From: Paramoeba atlantica
Lineage: Eukaryota > Protista > Discosea
Assembly (NCBI GenBank): GCA_977017575.1
Contig: CDRNVI010000007.1
Span: 1 to 64,000, forward strand
Direction: 5' to 3'
DNA: 64,000 nucleotides
Part shown: piece after piece, positions 32,370-41,613 of the stretch
Layout of the letters: the number at the start of each line of letters is the position of its first letter
Numbering within the stretch: the first letter of the stretch is position 1
Notes under the pieces: generated by a model
The model's input: the letters and a program-made list of their open reading frames with translations, nothing else
The model's database searches: none
What the model was told of the DNA's origin: nothing
Made by a program: the position numbers and the translations under genes

Positions 32370-33400
32370 ATAAGAATAATCCGAAACGGTAATAAATAAA
32401 CTCCCCACAGCGAAAAGTCACCCCCCTCTAACTTTTCAGCCAAGTGTCAGTTTGAGCTCATTTTTGTTGCATTTTGCTGTTCCCAACACAAAGACTTTGC
32501 GCGTTATAGCATGGAACCAAGGCTCTCAAATGCGTGCATCCGATAGATGGATTATCACTTTCTTCACATTTTTCAAGAGACCAATTTCTCACACTTTAAC
32601 AAATTTAATCTTCTCCTCCCATGAGAAATTCAACTATTTTTGTCTGCTTTTGCTGATTTTTGTTGCAAACGAGAGATCTCGTTCTCCTAGCAAAGATCTT
32701 TGCCGCTATTTTTTAATATTGACCCACTTGTGCCCCCTGGCCGCGGAGTGTTTGTTTTCTTAAATTAGTGTGGTATGACGATGCAAAAAAATAGAACCTA
32801 AAAACAATTTTCTTTTTCAGTTTCTAAAATGATCTAAAAATGGTGGGAACGTGTAGATCTCAGAATTTTAAACGAGAAAATGATATCTTAACCCCCTTAG
32901 GCCCCTTCAAGCAAAAACTAAAGGGGACAGCTTAAAAAAGGTGATTTATCACCGTTTCAAGAAAGAACCAATCAAAGACAAATATTCCACCACGTGACAA
33001 ATTGAATGTTTGTTATCTGTTTTTGATCATTTTTGTTGCAATCGAGAGATCTCGTTCCCCTAGCGAAGATCTGTAACGCCATTTTCATGTTGACCCCCTT
33101 CTCCCCCCCCCCTGGTCGAGGAACATGAGATTTTTCGGGTAATATTGGCATGACTATGTAAAAACGTCATTAAAAAAATGAGTTTTAATTTGTTATCTGT
33201 GAAGAGGTCTAAAAACAGCGGGAACGTGCAGATCTCAAAATTTTGAACGAAAAAGTGGTGCTGCAACCCCCCCAAGCCTCGTTGTACAAAAAAAAGAGGG
33301 GGGTGACTTATTCGCTGTGGGGGGTACGCTGTGGGGTTCGGAATAAATTCGAAACGGTAATAACACAAAAGGTAACAATAATCCGAAATGTAAGATTTAT
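32370..33400. repeat. Family E element: terminal inverted repeat plus ~225-bp internal direct repeat
   Basis: ccccacagcgaaaagtcacccccctct (32403) vs agaggggggtgacttattcgctgtgggg (~33296); 32656-32880 resembles 33031-33256. Confidence 0.6.
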
Positions 33401-33544
33401 ACCGTGTTCCTCTTATATTTTCACTTTTTTGTACACTTTTTTCAATCATCGAGGGTAGAGCGGTAGTACAACCACCGCAATTTATAATAGATTCTTGTTC
33501 GCGGTAACGCAGCATTCTCATTATTGTAAGAAGATCTACATCAA

Positions 33545-36136
33545 ATGAAAACTGATGATCATGATTACACTACTCACGCACTGAGTTCACACACTGAGTT
33601 CACACAGGAGAAAGTCCAGGCTCATTTGAGCTTCTTTAAACTCGCGACCCTAGATACATATTTTCGTTCTCGATATAGGCAGGTTTCGAAGATTTTCGAA
33701 AAAAGTACGCCATTTCGCGAGGAAATTGAAAACTCTATAACTCGACTGTCCCGCGTGAAGGAAGGGAATAACTCTTGTGATCGAAACGGCGATTTTTCTA
33801 CAACGAAAGATGTATCAAGCGCAGTAAATAAGAACCTGCAAGATGTTCCATCTGTCTTGGAAGCCACTGTAAAAGTCATGTACAAAACTCGCGAAAACAT
33901 AATGGCAGTTCGCCAATGCTTGGAGTTTTTCGACAGAATTTCTGACCGTATTCACGAGCTCCAGAGTATTAAAAGTGGAAAAAGCACAAGTAAGACGCTC
34001 AAAGTGATTCAGAAAAGTCACTTAAATATTTTAGAAATTACTCACCAGGAGATTCTTCTTTTCTATCCCACTTTTAAGAGAGTATTCAATGCAAAGAAAG
34101 TGGAATCTGGTGGTTGCGAAGAGCTTTTACTCCCTTTCTTCAAAAGGTTTCAAGAACTTCTCCTGATGTTGCACGAAGTTTGGCAACTTGGATTGTTCCA
34201 GACAGCAGAATTCCTGGAAGGAAAAGGAAGTCCGGCGTATCCGTTGCTTCAGTCTGCCTTGCAAATCAGCGCAGATGAACGTCGATCTCCAGTACGTTTA
34301 GAATTTATCTATGACACTTTGCTTGAGTTGCAGAAGAGGAGTTCAGAAGGATTTGCAAGCAGTCAAAAAAGTATTTGCGATGCTCTAACGTTCCACAGCA
34401 TGCTTGCAGGCGCTCTGAAAACCTTTTGGTCCAAAAATGTACAAATTGGGAAATTTGCAATGTCCCAATCGGACGTCTTTACACAGGTGAAAAAAGCGTC
34501 AGATACTCTCTTACGACTGATTGAGCCCGTTGGAAAAGTCTCTGTGGGATTTCATGATTTCTCTGTGTGGATGAAAGCACATTGGTTAACGTGTCTTTGT
34601 GAGGATTTACTGTGCATTAGCAATTCCACAAGAGCGGGAAATCATGAATTTGTAGATTGTGTCGAATTGTTGAGTTCTCTTGTGAGTGAACCACCCCATT
34701 TTGAGTACCCGGACGAGTGTGATATTGCATGGCACTCAGGAGCTCTACAGGATTTATCATGTAATGCATGTCGAATGCTTTCCAAGAAGGACGAGTTCTC
34801 CCCTGATTACTATTTACACAAAACGCTGAATACCATCAAAAACCAGTGGGTCAAGATTGTCGGAGTACGAATAGTTTCATGTTGCGAGTCCAGCGCGCAG
34901 ACAAATCTTCCCGGTGGATTTGAGTACGATCCTAAAGGTTTGGTGAACACCCCAGGACCGGTTGATGTCGGAGATATTATTTTTCAAGGAGTTCAACAAC
35001 CTCTGGGTGTTCTTCCGGTAGCCTATGCCTTGGAACTGTTGAAATGTAGCACACGAGGCATACTATCCTATGTGAAAACGATCGCAGTTGAATGGAAGAA
35101 CCACAGGGGGACGCATCCACCAGACGTATGCTGTATGTGTACAGGCGAAAGAAATTCTTTGAATGAAGCGCATGGCATGGGAAAAAAAGTGCACTTGGAT
35201 GATTGCTACGTATTGCTTGTACTTGCGCAATTAAATGACTTATACCCCCTGCAGAACATCGCTCAAAAGGTAGAGGAAATGGTTATTGAGAAAGTTAATG
35301 CATCTCGCTCTTTGCAAACTATGGAAGATATTAGCCAACACGATGAGTGGATAGAAGAGATTGAGCGTATCACTCGCGACACTATTTTTGAGCTGCGGCA
35401 CAGCGCGTGCGACATGTGGCTTTCGTGTCTTTCAAGTTACGTTTCGAATAATTGTCACACAGCCCTGAAGAAATCGATGGAAGAACCGAAGTCCAATTAT
35501 TTGGAAGTCTCGATGATCTCTCTGTTGGATCATTTTTTCTCTGATATAAGCGGACATCTAAGTGTGAAATTGTGGGGGTCTGACGTATTACACAGGATTT
35601 GTCACGTGATTTCAGTGTCCTACGTTGATTGCTTAATCTCCGTCTACGCCTCTCAGGATGAAATCGACGTTGGGACCGTGGAAAACATCGATCGCAATGC
35701 TAGATCCCTCAAAAATTGTTGGGAAAGAGTGGCTAATAAGTATTATGTACGCAATACCACAGCTATTCAGCATAGTACCGATGCACTTCTTCTCGTGAAA
35801 CGAATATTGGGCACGAGTACAACAGCAGAGTTTGAGAGCTTGTGTATGACAGACATTATTCCCTTTTTTCCAGACATTTCAACTCAATTAATTTATATTC
35901 TGTTGCGGAAGAAGCCACGAGGTTATCCATTTAATATGAACTCTCTTCTTCCACCAAAACCATCTAGAACTCGATTAGCAAATCAGTGCCTCACCATATG
36001 GAAAAATAATTTGGAGAAGGTTCATAGCCAGAATGAAACGGAAGGTTCAGTTGAGGCGATTTCACCACCATCTGTTAACTTAGCGAAGCGCACCTCTTCC
36101 GTTTTGGCGTGCGTTTCTGTGCCTGCCTTGTCGTAG
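33545..36136 (+). CDS. SEC6: Exocyst component Sec6/EXOC3-like
   Basis: 863 aa, helical; PVDVGDIIFQGVQQ, LAQLND, NIDRNARSL and FPDIS..LI..LLR segments resemble the Sec6 C-terminal region. Confidence 0.55.
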   Translation: MKTDDHDYTTHALSSHTEFTQEKVQAHLSFFKLATLDTYFRSRYRQVSKIFEKSTPFREEIENSITRLSRVKEGNNSCDRNGDFSTTKDVSSAVNKNLQDVPSVLEATVKVMYKTRENIMAVRQCLEFFDRISDRIHELQSIKSGKSTSKTLKVIQKSHLNILEITHQEILLFYPTFKRVFNAKKVESGGCEELLLPFFKRFQELLLMLHEVWQLGLFQTAEFLEGKGSPAYPLLQSALQISADERRSPVRLEFIYDTLLELQKRSSEGFASSQKSICDALTFHSMLAGALKTFWSKNVQIGKFAMSQSDVFTQVKKASDTLLRLIEPVGKVSVGFHDFSVWMKAHWLTCLCEDLLCISNSTRAGNHEFVDCVELLSSLVSEPPHFEYPDECDIAWHSGALQDLSCNACRMLSKKDEFSPDYYLHKTLNTIKNQWVKIVGVRIVSCCESSAQTNLPGGFEYDPKGLVNTPGPVDVGDIIFQGVQQPLGVLPVAYALELLKCSTRGILSYVKTIAVEWKNHRGTHPPDVCCMCTGERNSLNEAHGMGKKVHLDDCYVLLVLAQLNDLYPLQNIAQKVEEMVIEKVNASRSLQTMEDISQHDEWIEEIERITRDTIFELRHSACDMWLSCLSSYVSNNCHTALKKSMEEPKSNYLEVSMISLLDHFFSDISGHLSVKLWGSDVLHRICHVISVSYVDCLISVYASQDEIDVGTVENIDRNARSLKNCWERVANKYYVRNTTAIQHSTDALLLVKRILGTSTTAEFESLCMTDIIPFFPDISTQLIYILLRKKPRGYPFNMNSLLPPKPSRTRLANQCLTIWKNNLEKVHSQNETEGSVEAISPPSVNLAKRTSSVLACVSVPALS

Positions 36137-36687
36137 TGTTTAATGGAATATACTACCATAAAACATGTACATTTGATGACATGTATCTGATCAAGCCTAA
36201 TTGTGTCTTGCCTAAATGTGAGTTTGCTCAGCGATGAAATTGCACAGCTTAGGGGTTTTGAACGACTCGCTCGAATCCTCTTTTTATCCGCTATCGTCAA
36301 CTGCATACTCTCGTCTATTTCTGCCATATTATGTCGATCACCACAGACGCGTGACCCCCCTCACATATAAATCTCACAACAAATTTTGCGAGGTTTCACC
36401 CACAGCCCCTCATGTATTACACAGTTGGGACTCCAATTGGATTCCAATTGGAGCGTTTCGAAAAAATCCAATAGGATGTTGCAATTCTTTTGAGAGGATG
36501 GAATAATCTTCGGAAATATTGATCCTATTCGATGGAAAATGTCTACAAACTGTATGAGTTGGCTCTGTTACACATGCGCTAGTATTTCGTGTTCTTACTC
36601 ACGCGTGCATATTGAAACCCCTCGACGAGAATAAGGCCTCCTTGTTTTTCGCGAGCGGGGACCTATGAGAGTTGCATCACCACTTTT

Positions 36688-37270
36688 TCGTTCACAATTT
36701 TGAGATCTGTGCGTTCCTGGATTTTTTAGCCTTTGTTAAAAGTTTGAAAAAATTGTGCACCCCAAAATTCTGAGCTGTTCGGGAGAAAGACTGTGTTGGC
36801 TCATAGTCTGCTACTAAAAGCATTCTGTGGCTCCGGTATGCAGCCTCTTCGTGGATTGTATGGTGCCCTTTTGGGGTCGTGATTACGATGGATGTGAAAA
36901 TAATCTTTTGCACATGGTTTCTAGCGCTGCTTATTTTCGCTAGGAGAATGCGAACTTTGATTACCGTATACCCCCCCTCAGTAAGAGAATCAGTAAAGTT
37001 TTGGGTCGAAATGGCCAAATCTCTCTTACCGGGGGGTATGCTTTTTTGGCCAGTTTCCCCTTTTCTCCCAACTTTTTTGACTATTTTTTCTATTTTTTCT
37101 TCTGAAAACGTGTTAAAACGCTTCTTTGGGTTACCCCCGAGGCCCCCAACATGCAGACACCCACCCCCTACCCCCTATACGCCCCCTGTGGGGCTCCCAA
37201 GCCAAATCTCTCTTATTGGGGGGGTACCTTACTGGGGGGGGTATACGGTAATGCATGTTATCCGAAGCGT
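36688..37270. repeat. Inverted partial homolog of family E
   Basis: ttcgttcacaattttgagatctgtgcgttcc is the reverse complement of the ggaacgtgcagatctcaaaattttgaacgaa segment (~33220). Confidence 0.45.
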
Positions 37271-37401
37271 TTCAAATTGATTTTGAGTTCCGAAGCGTCC
37301 TTGATTGTTGTTTAATCATGCACTTATAGTGCAGAGACAGTGTCCTTACCCGCACACGACGGGTGGATCACATGAGGATTTGCCCTCGCTGGAGGAGAAT
37401 G

Positions 37402-37567
37402 GGTGCAGAGAGCTGGCGTCCCAGGTGCAGAGAGCTCGGTTGTCTTGCGTAGGTTCAGAGAGTCGGATGCGTAATCCCCATATTACTGTTTCGGGGGCAA
37501 TTCGGGTGCAGAGAGCTGCGACAGAGCCGAGGTGCGGAGAGCTGGGTGACCGCCAGGTGAGGAGAGC
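37402..37567. repeat. Six GGTGCAGAGAGC-like motifs
   Basis: Copies at 37402, 37424, 37452, 37505, 37531 and 37556. Confidence 0.75.
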
Positions 37568-37769
37568 CTAAACACGGGCAGCGAGGGACACGTCTAGTGG
37601 TCCTCGATGGAGGCCACCGTGACGCCTAGCTCTCTCGGAGAGGTAAGGATTAAGAAGAAAGAAGCCGAGAGAGAAAGCACTCACTCCAGGGGAGTGAGTC
37701 GGGGAGGGGTGAAGGGATGAAGGCTCTTCCCCTGCTTCAGTGAGAAAAAGGGACAGTTCCAGCTTTAGC

Positions 37770-37860
37770 GCCGGTCGGCAATGGGTATGAAAATACAGTA
37801 AGAGAGTGCCCGTTTCCGGGGAAAGAAAGGAACTAAGGTTAAGTACCAACAACAAGGTAT
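37770..37860 (-). ncRNA. Truncated SL RNA-like gene copy
   Basis: Minus strand taccttgttgttg followed by gtacttaaccttagttcctttctttccccggaaacgggca, homologous to the intron of the 38298 copy. Confidence 0.5.
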
Positions 37861-38204
37861 TTCATTTCACTTTCATACCGGGCGAGCCGGCAGAGCATTT
37901 CCTGTCGTACGACGACCGTTATCAACGGCCATTACAGCGCATTCAACGCCGGTCGTAGGCAGGGATTCGGCCTATGGCCACGCCGCGTGGTCCTCAAGGG
38001 AGGTCCTGCAGCGCCTGGGGGGGGGGGTGAAGGGGGCACTGGACTTCCACTGCGGGGGGCGTGGTTGAGAGGCTGCAAGAAGCCTTTCGGCTACGCAGCG
38101 TCGTTGAGAGGCTTTCCCCGGCGTCCATCCAGCGGGGGCACTCGGCGCGTCTGGTGCGCTGCACGAGGGTGCGAAGCGGCGGCCCCTCTTCAACGGAAAG
38201 ATGA

Positions 38205-38380
38205 GTTTCCGGCCCTAGCGCCAACCGGAAACGAACATAAAAGTTTAAGAGTATGCACGTTTCCGGGAAAAGAAAGGATGAACTAGGAAAAATGTACCAA
38301 CAAGGTACAGAAACTGTATTTTTATGATCCAGAAACTCTTTATGGTACAGAAACTGTTTCTTTAATGTGGTAGGAATAGC
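38205..38380 (-). ncRNA. Spliced-leader RNA-like gene (possibly degenerate) with duplicated exon fragments
   Basis: Minus strand ATAAAAATACAGTTTCTGTACCTTGTTG then GTAC (exon ends 38298, GT donor); downstream ttccgg/ccggaa stem; second exon fragment ATTAAAGAAACAGTTTCTGTAC at 38346-38367. Confidence 0.65.
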
Positions 38381-38458
38381 AAGTAGAAAATTCTCTCGCT
38401 CTCTCTCTCCCTCACACACACACATATACAATATACATTGTATTATACAAAACTTTTT

Positions 38459-39235
38459 ATGGACGTTGTTGGTTACGGAGACACGCCGCCTGAAGGTTTT
38501 CAAGGCTTGCCAGATGGAGCAAGTCGATCTTTGTTTAATAGAGCTTCGGTTTCGTATGAATCAAGGTCTTCTCATGTCGCTTCGTATAAACATGAAATTA
38601 GCAATTACATACGCGAAATAGGATCACAAGCTTCATGGCAAGTATCGAGTTCAAAGTATGAATGTGGCATAGAGCATTTAAAACTTAATACAGGTTTGAA
38701 AACCAATACATATATCGAATGTGCGTTATTGAACGCTGGAAACGGTTTCCGCGGACAGTGTTCTGGCTCTCTACTTCCTTACGATCGTAAATTAACAGGT
38801 GCTAGAACTGATCTCCTAAGCAGCGTATCACCCTCACGGAAAACTTACTGGCAAAGTGATGGTACTCAACCTCATCGAATCGAAATTTCTTTTCCTCGCC
38901 TGGTACTGGTTTCCGAAATATGTCTCCTTTTAGACCACCCAGGCGACGACAGTTATACGCCAAGCCGCGTTCATGTCCGGTGCGGCACGAGTTGCCGCGA
39001 CGCCGAGGAAATACTCCAGGCCTCCTTCTCTTCCCCTACCGGTTGGGTTAGCATCCAACTGCGGAACGAGCAGCGAGCCGTCACCCAGCTTATTGCGGGG
39101 AGTTACTTTGCACTTGACTTCACGGAAAATCATGAGAATGGGCGCGATAGCAGAGTGCATGGGTTAAAGATATACGGTCTGAGTGGCGATTCTCTTCACT
39201 CGGATAAAAGTATCATGTTGCGGTACCCAGTGTAG
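38459..39235 (+). CDS. APC10: Anaphase-promoting complex subunit 10 (DOC1)
   Basis: EIGSQASWQVSSSK, TYWQSDGTQPH, DDSYTPS, GWV and NHENGRDSRVHGLKIYG motifs. Confidence 0.93.
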   Translation: MDVVGYGDTPPEGFQGLPDGASRSLFNRASVSYESRSSHVASYKHEISNYIREIGSQASWQVSSSKYECGIEHLKLNTGLKTNTYIECALLNAGNGFRGQCSGSLLPYDRKLTGARTDLLSSVSPSRKTYWQSDGTQPHRIEISFPRLVLVSEICLLLDHPGDDSYTPSRVHVRCGTSCRDAEEILQASFSSPTGWVSIQLRNEQRAVTQLIAGSYFALDFTENHENGRDSRVHGLKIYGLSGDSLHSDKSIMLRYPV

Positions 39236-39944
39236 AATCACCGTTCGACCAGACATGAGTTTCAGTTTTGAAGATAATCATGAAGTTCGGAGAACTGACC
39301 AATCCCGCGAGCTGCGCGGGATTGTTTCTACTCGTCAACTGTAGAAATCTTTTAAATATGATTTGTAGAACAGGAGAATCGAGTGTGTGTGTACGTGTAG
39401 GTACACCGTATCACCAGAGTCGCACTCCCATGGTGATACAGTATACCGCTCGGAGTGATTACCGGGAAGACAGCCGTGCCGGGGAATATGCACCAGCGAC
39501 AACCCCAGAGCAAGATTTCTCCCATGCATCAGTCTCCCGAAGTGAAGTTGTAATACGTTGCCTACACCTTAGCGTACTTGACTCATGACCAACGATGAAA
39601 TACAGGAGGGTAGAAGATGGATACAATAATTTTGATTATGAAAACGGGTGTTGGGTAAAACGAAGAGCCTCGCTGATGTCACGGAAATACTGATTTCCAT
39701 CATAAGTAAATGCATAAAAACTCGCACCGATTTGCGGCGTTTCTTTTCCTATCGCGGACCACAATACCTCGAAAAAGTAAAATCTAAGCTAATGTGATGC
39801 AAATATTAATTTAATTGGCGCTTCAACTACGCCAATAGCGTCCCTTGTCTAGCTAATAGCCTGCCTTATCTGAAGCAGTGATGAAAATAGCTTTGAGGCG
39901 CTCAATTTTATGGGGGGCACAATACTAATAATCGTTCCTACTTA

Positions 39945-40482
39945 GAGGGTTGAAATCTGTTAAGTTTTGCCAGGTTTCGCCAAGTTTTGCCTGGTTTTTC
40001 CAGGACACCTATTTTTTTTGGGCGTCATTTTGGGAGACGTGTCACGGCTTCAAGAAGGGGTATCTTGTGAAAACAACGGCGTAGAAAGCTAGTATAGGTC
40101 CCAAACTCTCAAACTACTATAGGTGAAACGATTTTGAATAACTATTTTTTAAGCCATGTTTTTCGCCAAGTTGGCGTTTTTTTCAATTTTCTTTTCAGAA
40201 GAAACCAAACTTGGCGGCCCCGTCCTGTTGATACCAGGGGGAGTCGTCCCCGAGTACGGGGGTGGAAAGTGTTCGCCAAGAACTCGGCTACCGTTTCTGA
40301 GGGTTTATTTCAAAAAATATCTTTTTCAAAATTTACATTTTTTGTGGCGCGAAAATGCTTTGCAGCGCACGATGGAGTCCAAGTACGTTCGTCACTACTT
40401 TTGACAAAGTACTTTTCTTCGCCATGTCAATGAGGAATATGCGGGTTTTGCCAGGTTTTGCCTTTCGTGGGTTTCAACCCTC
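39945..40482. mobile_element. Harbinger-derived (Tourist-like) MITE, 538 bp
   Basis: TTA then GAGGGTTGAAA...TTTCAACCCTC then TTA; both ends homologous over ~100-225 bp to the ends of 52997..55836. Confidence 0.9.
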
Positions 40483-40687
40483 TTATCATGCCCCCGGCAC
40501 AATAACTACAGGACACATTAACCCGTAGCCATGGGCACATTAACCCAAAGCATGGTTTACATGTCGTCTGTCCGGCTACGAAAACCATTTCGTTCTTTGG
40601 ACCAAAGGAATAAGTCGATAAAATAAGTGTACTCTTGAAGAAGAGTGTTCGTCGAACTCATAAGTAAGGTTATTGCGACTATAGCTA

Positions 40688-40991
40688 CTATCCACCCCCT
40701 ATTTAATAGGGCTATGCGTGCCCCCCCCTTTAATAGGGCTATTTTGTCTAAAAGGTCAAACAAGATACTATAACTACTAGTACATGTGCGTATCGTTATA
40801 AATTTGAGTGCGTTATCTGATTTTGATGTAAACTTCGACCTACGATGTTTCTATACGTTAGTTTGTTTCTATACGTTCGTTTCTATACGTAAGTTCGTGT
40901 GCATTATTTTATTCCATCTCCTTAATTAGTCCCCCCCCTTTATTAAGGCATTTCCACCAAAACCGTTGCCCCATTAAATAGGTGGGGATAG
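40688..40991. mobile_element. MITE family G
   Basis: TA then CTATCCACCCCCTATTTAAT ... ATTAAATAGGTGGGGATAG then TA. Confidence 0.75.
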
Positions 40992-41613
40992 TAGTTATCT
41001 TGCCGGGGGGACAATAACCCGGAACAGGGTTAGATTCCAGATACGGGTAGGAATCCAAATATCAAAAAATGGGTGGCCTGTTAATTAGGTGGACAAATAT
41101 CTACTCTGATACTGTAGTATCAGTTCCTGTTCTTGTCACTATTATACCATTAAACCACTAAGTAAAATAGCTTAAACTAGTAATTTTTTTTCGTGTTCAT
41201 TTCCTAAAACAGAGATTTTACCTGATGGATTTGATTGGAAATAGTTTCAATATATAGTAGCAGTATTCGCACTCTACGTGATGTCACTTCAAACAAGCAT
41301 ATATTCGACACAAAAATGAAAACAGTTCATTGCACTGAATTTTATAATTTTCTTTTGGCACGCAATCAAAAATAAGAGAACCACAATTCATTATTTCTTC
41401 TCTAGACGTTTTTCTAAACAAATTTAGTAAAAGAAAAAAACGTTTTTTTCCTATCTCAAGCTGGAAAAAGAATCATGTCAATAGTTAAAATTGGGAGCAT
41501 CACGCGAACCGCACCAATCTGACCTCTCGCACATTGATGGTGCAGTGCGCGGACTATTGTCTCAAATTACACAGAAGACTGCATAGATAGGTTGCGCTAC
41601 ATAGTGAGGAGAA

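Noticed and set aside
37402-37567. CRISPR-like repeat-spacer array
   Set aside because: 12-bp degenerate repeats, irregular short spacers, no cas genes, eukaryotic context
38393-38425. (CT)n(CA)n tract as a special element
   Set aside because: Ordinary microsatellite or pyrimidine tract upstream of APC10
40510-40560. TTAA followed by CCC as piggyBac-like ends (also ~32888)
   Set aside because: No matching opposite terminus with a TTAA duplication found
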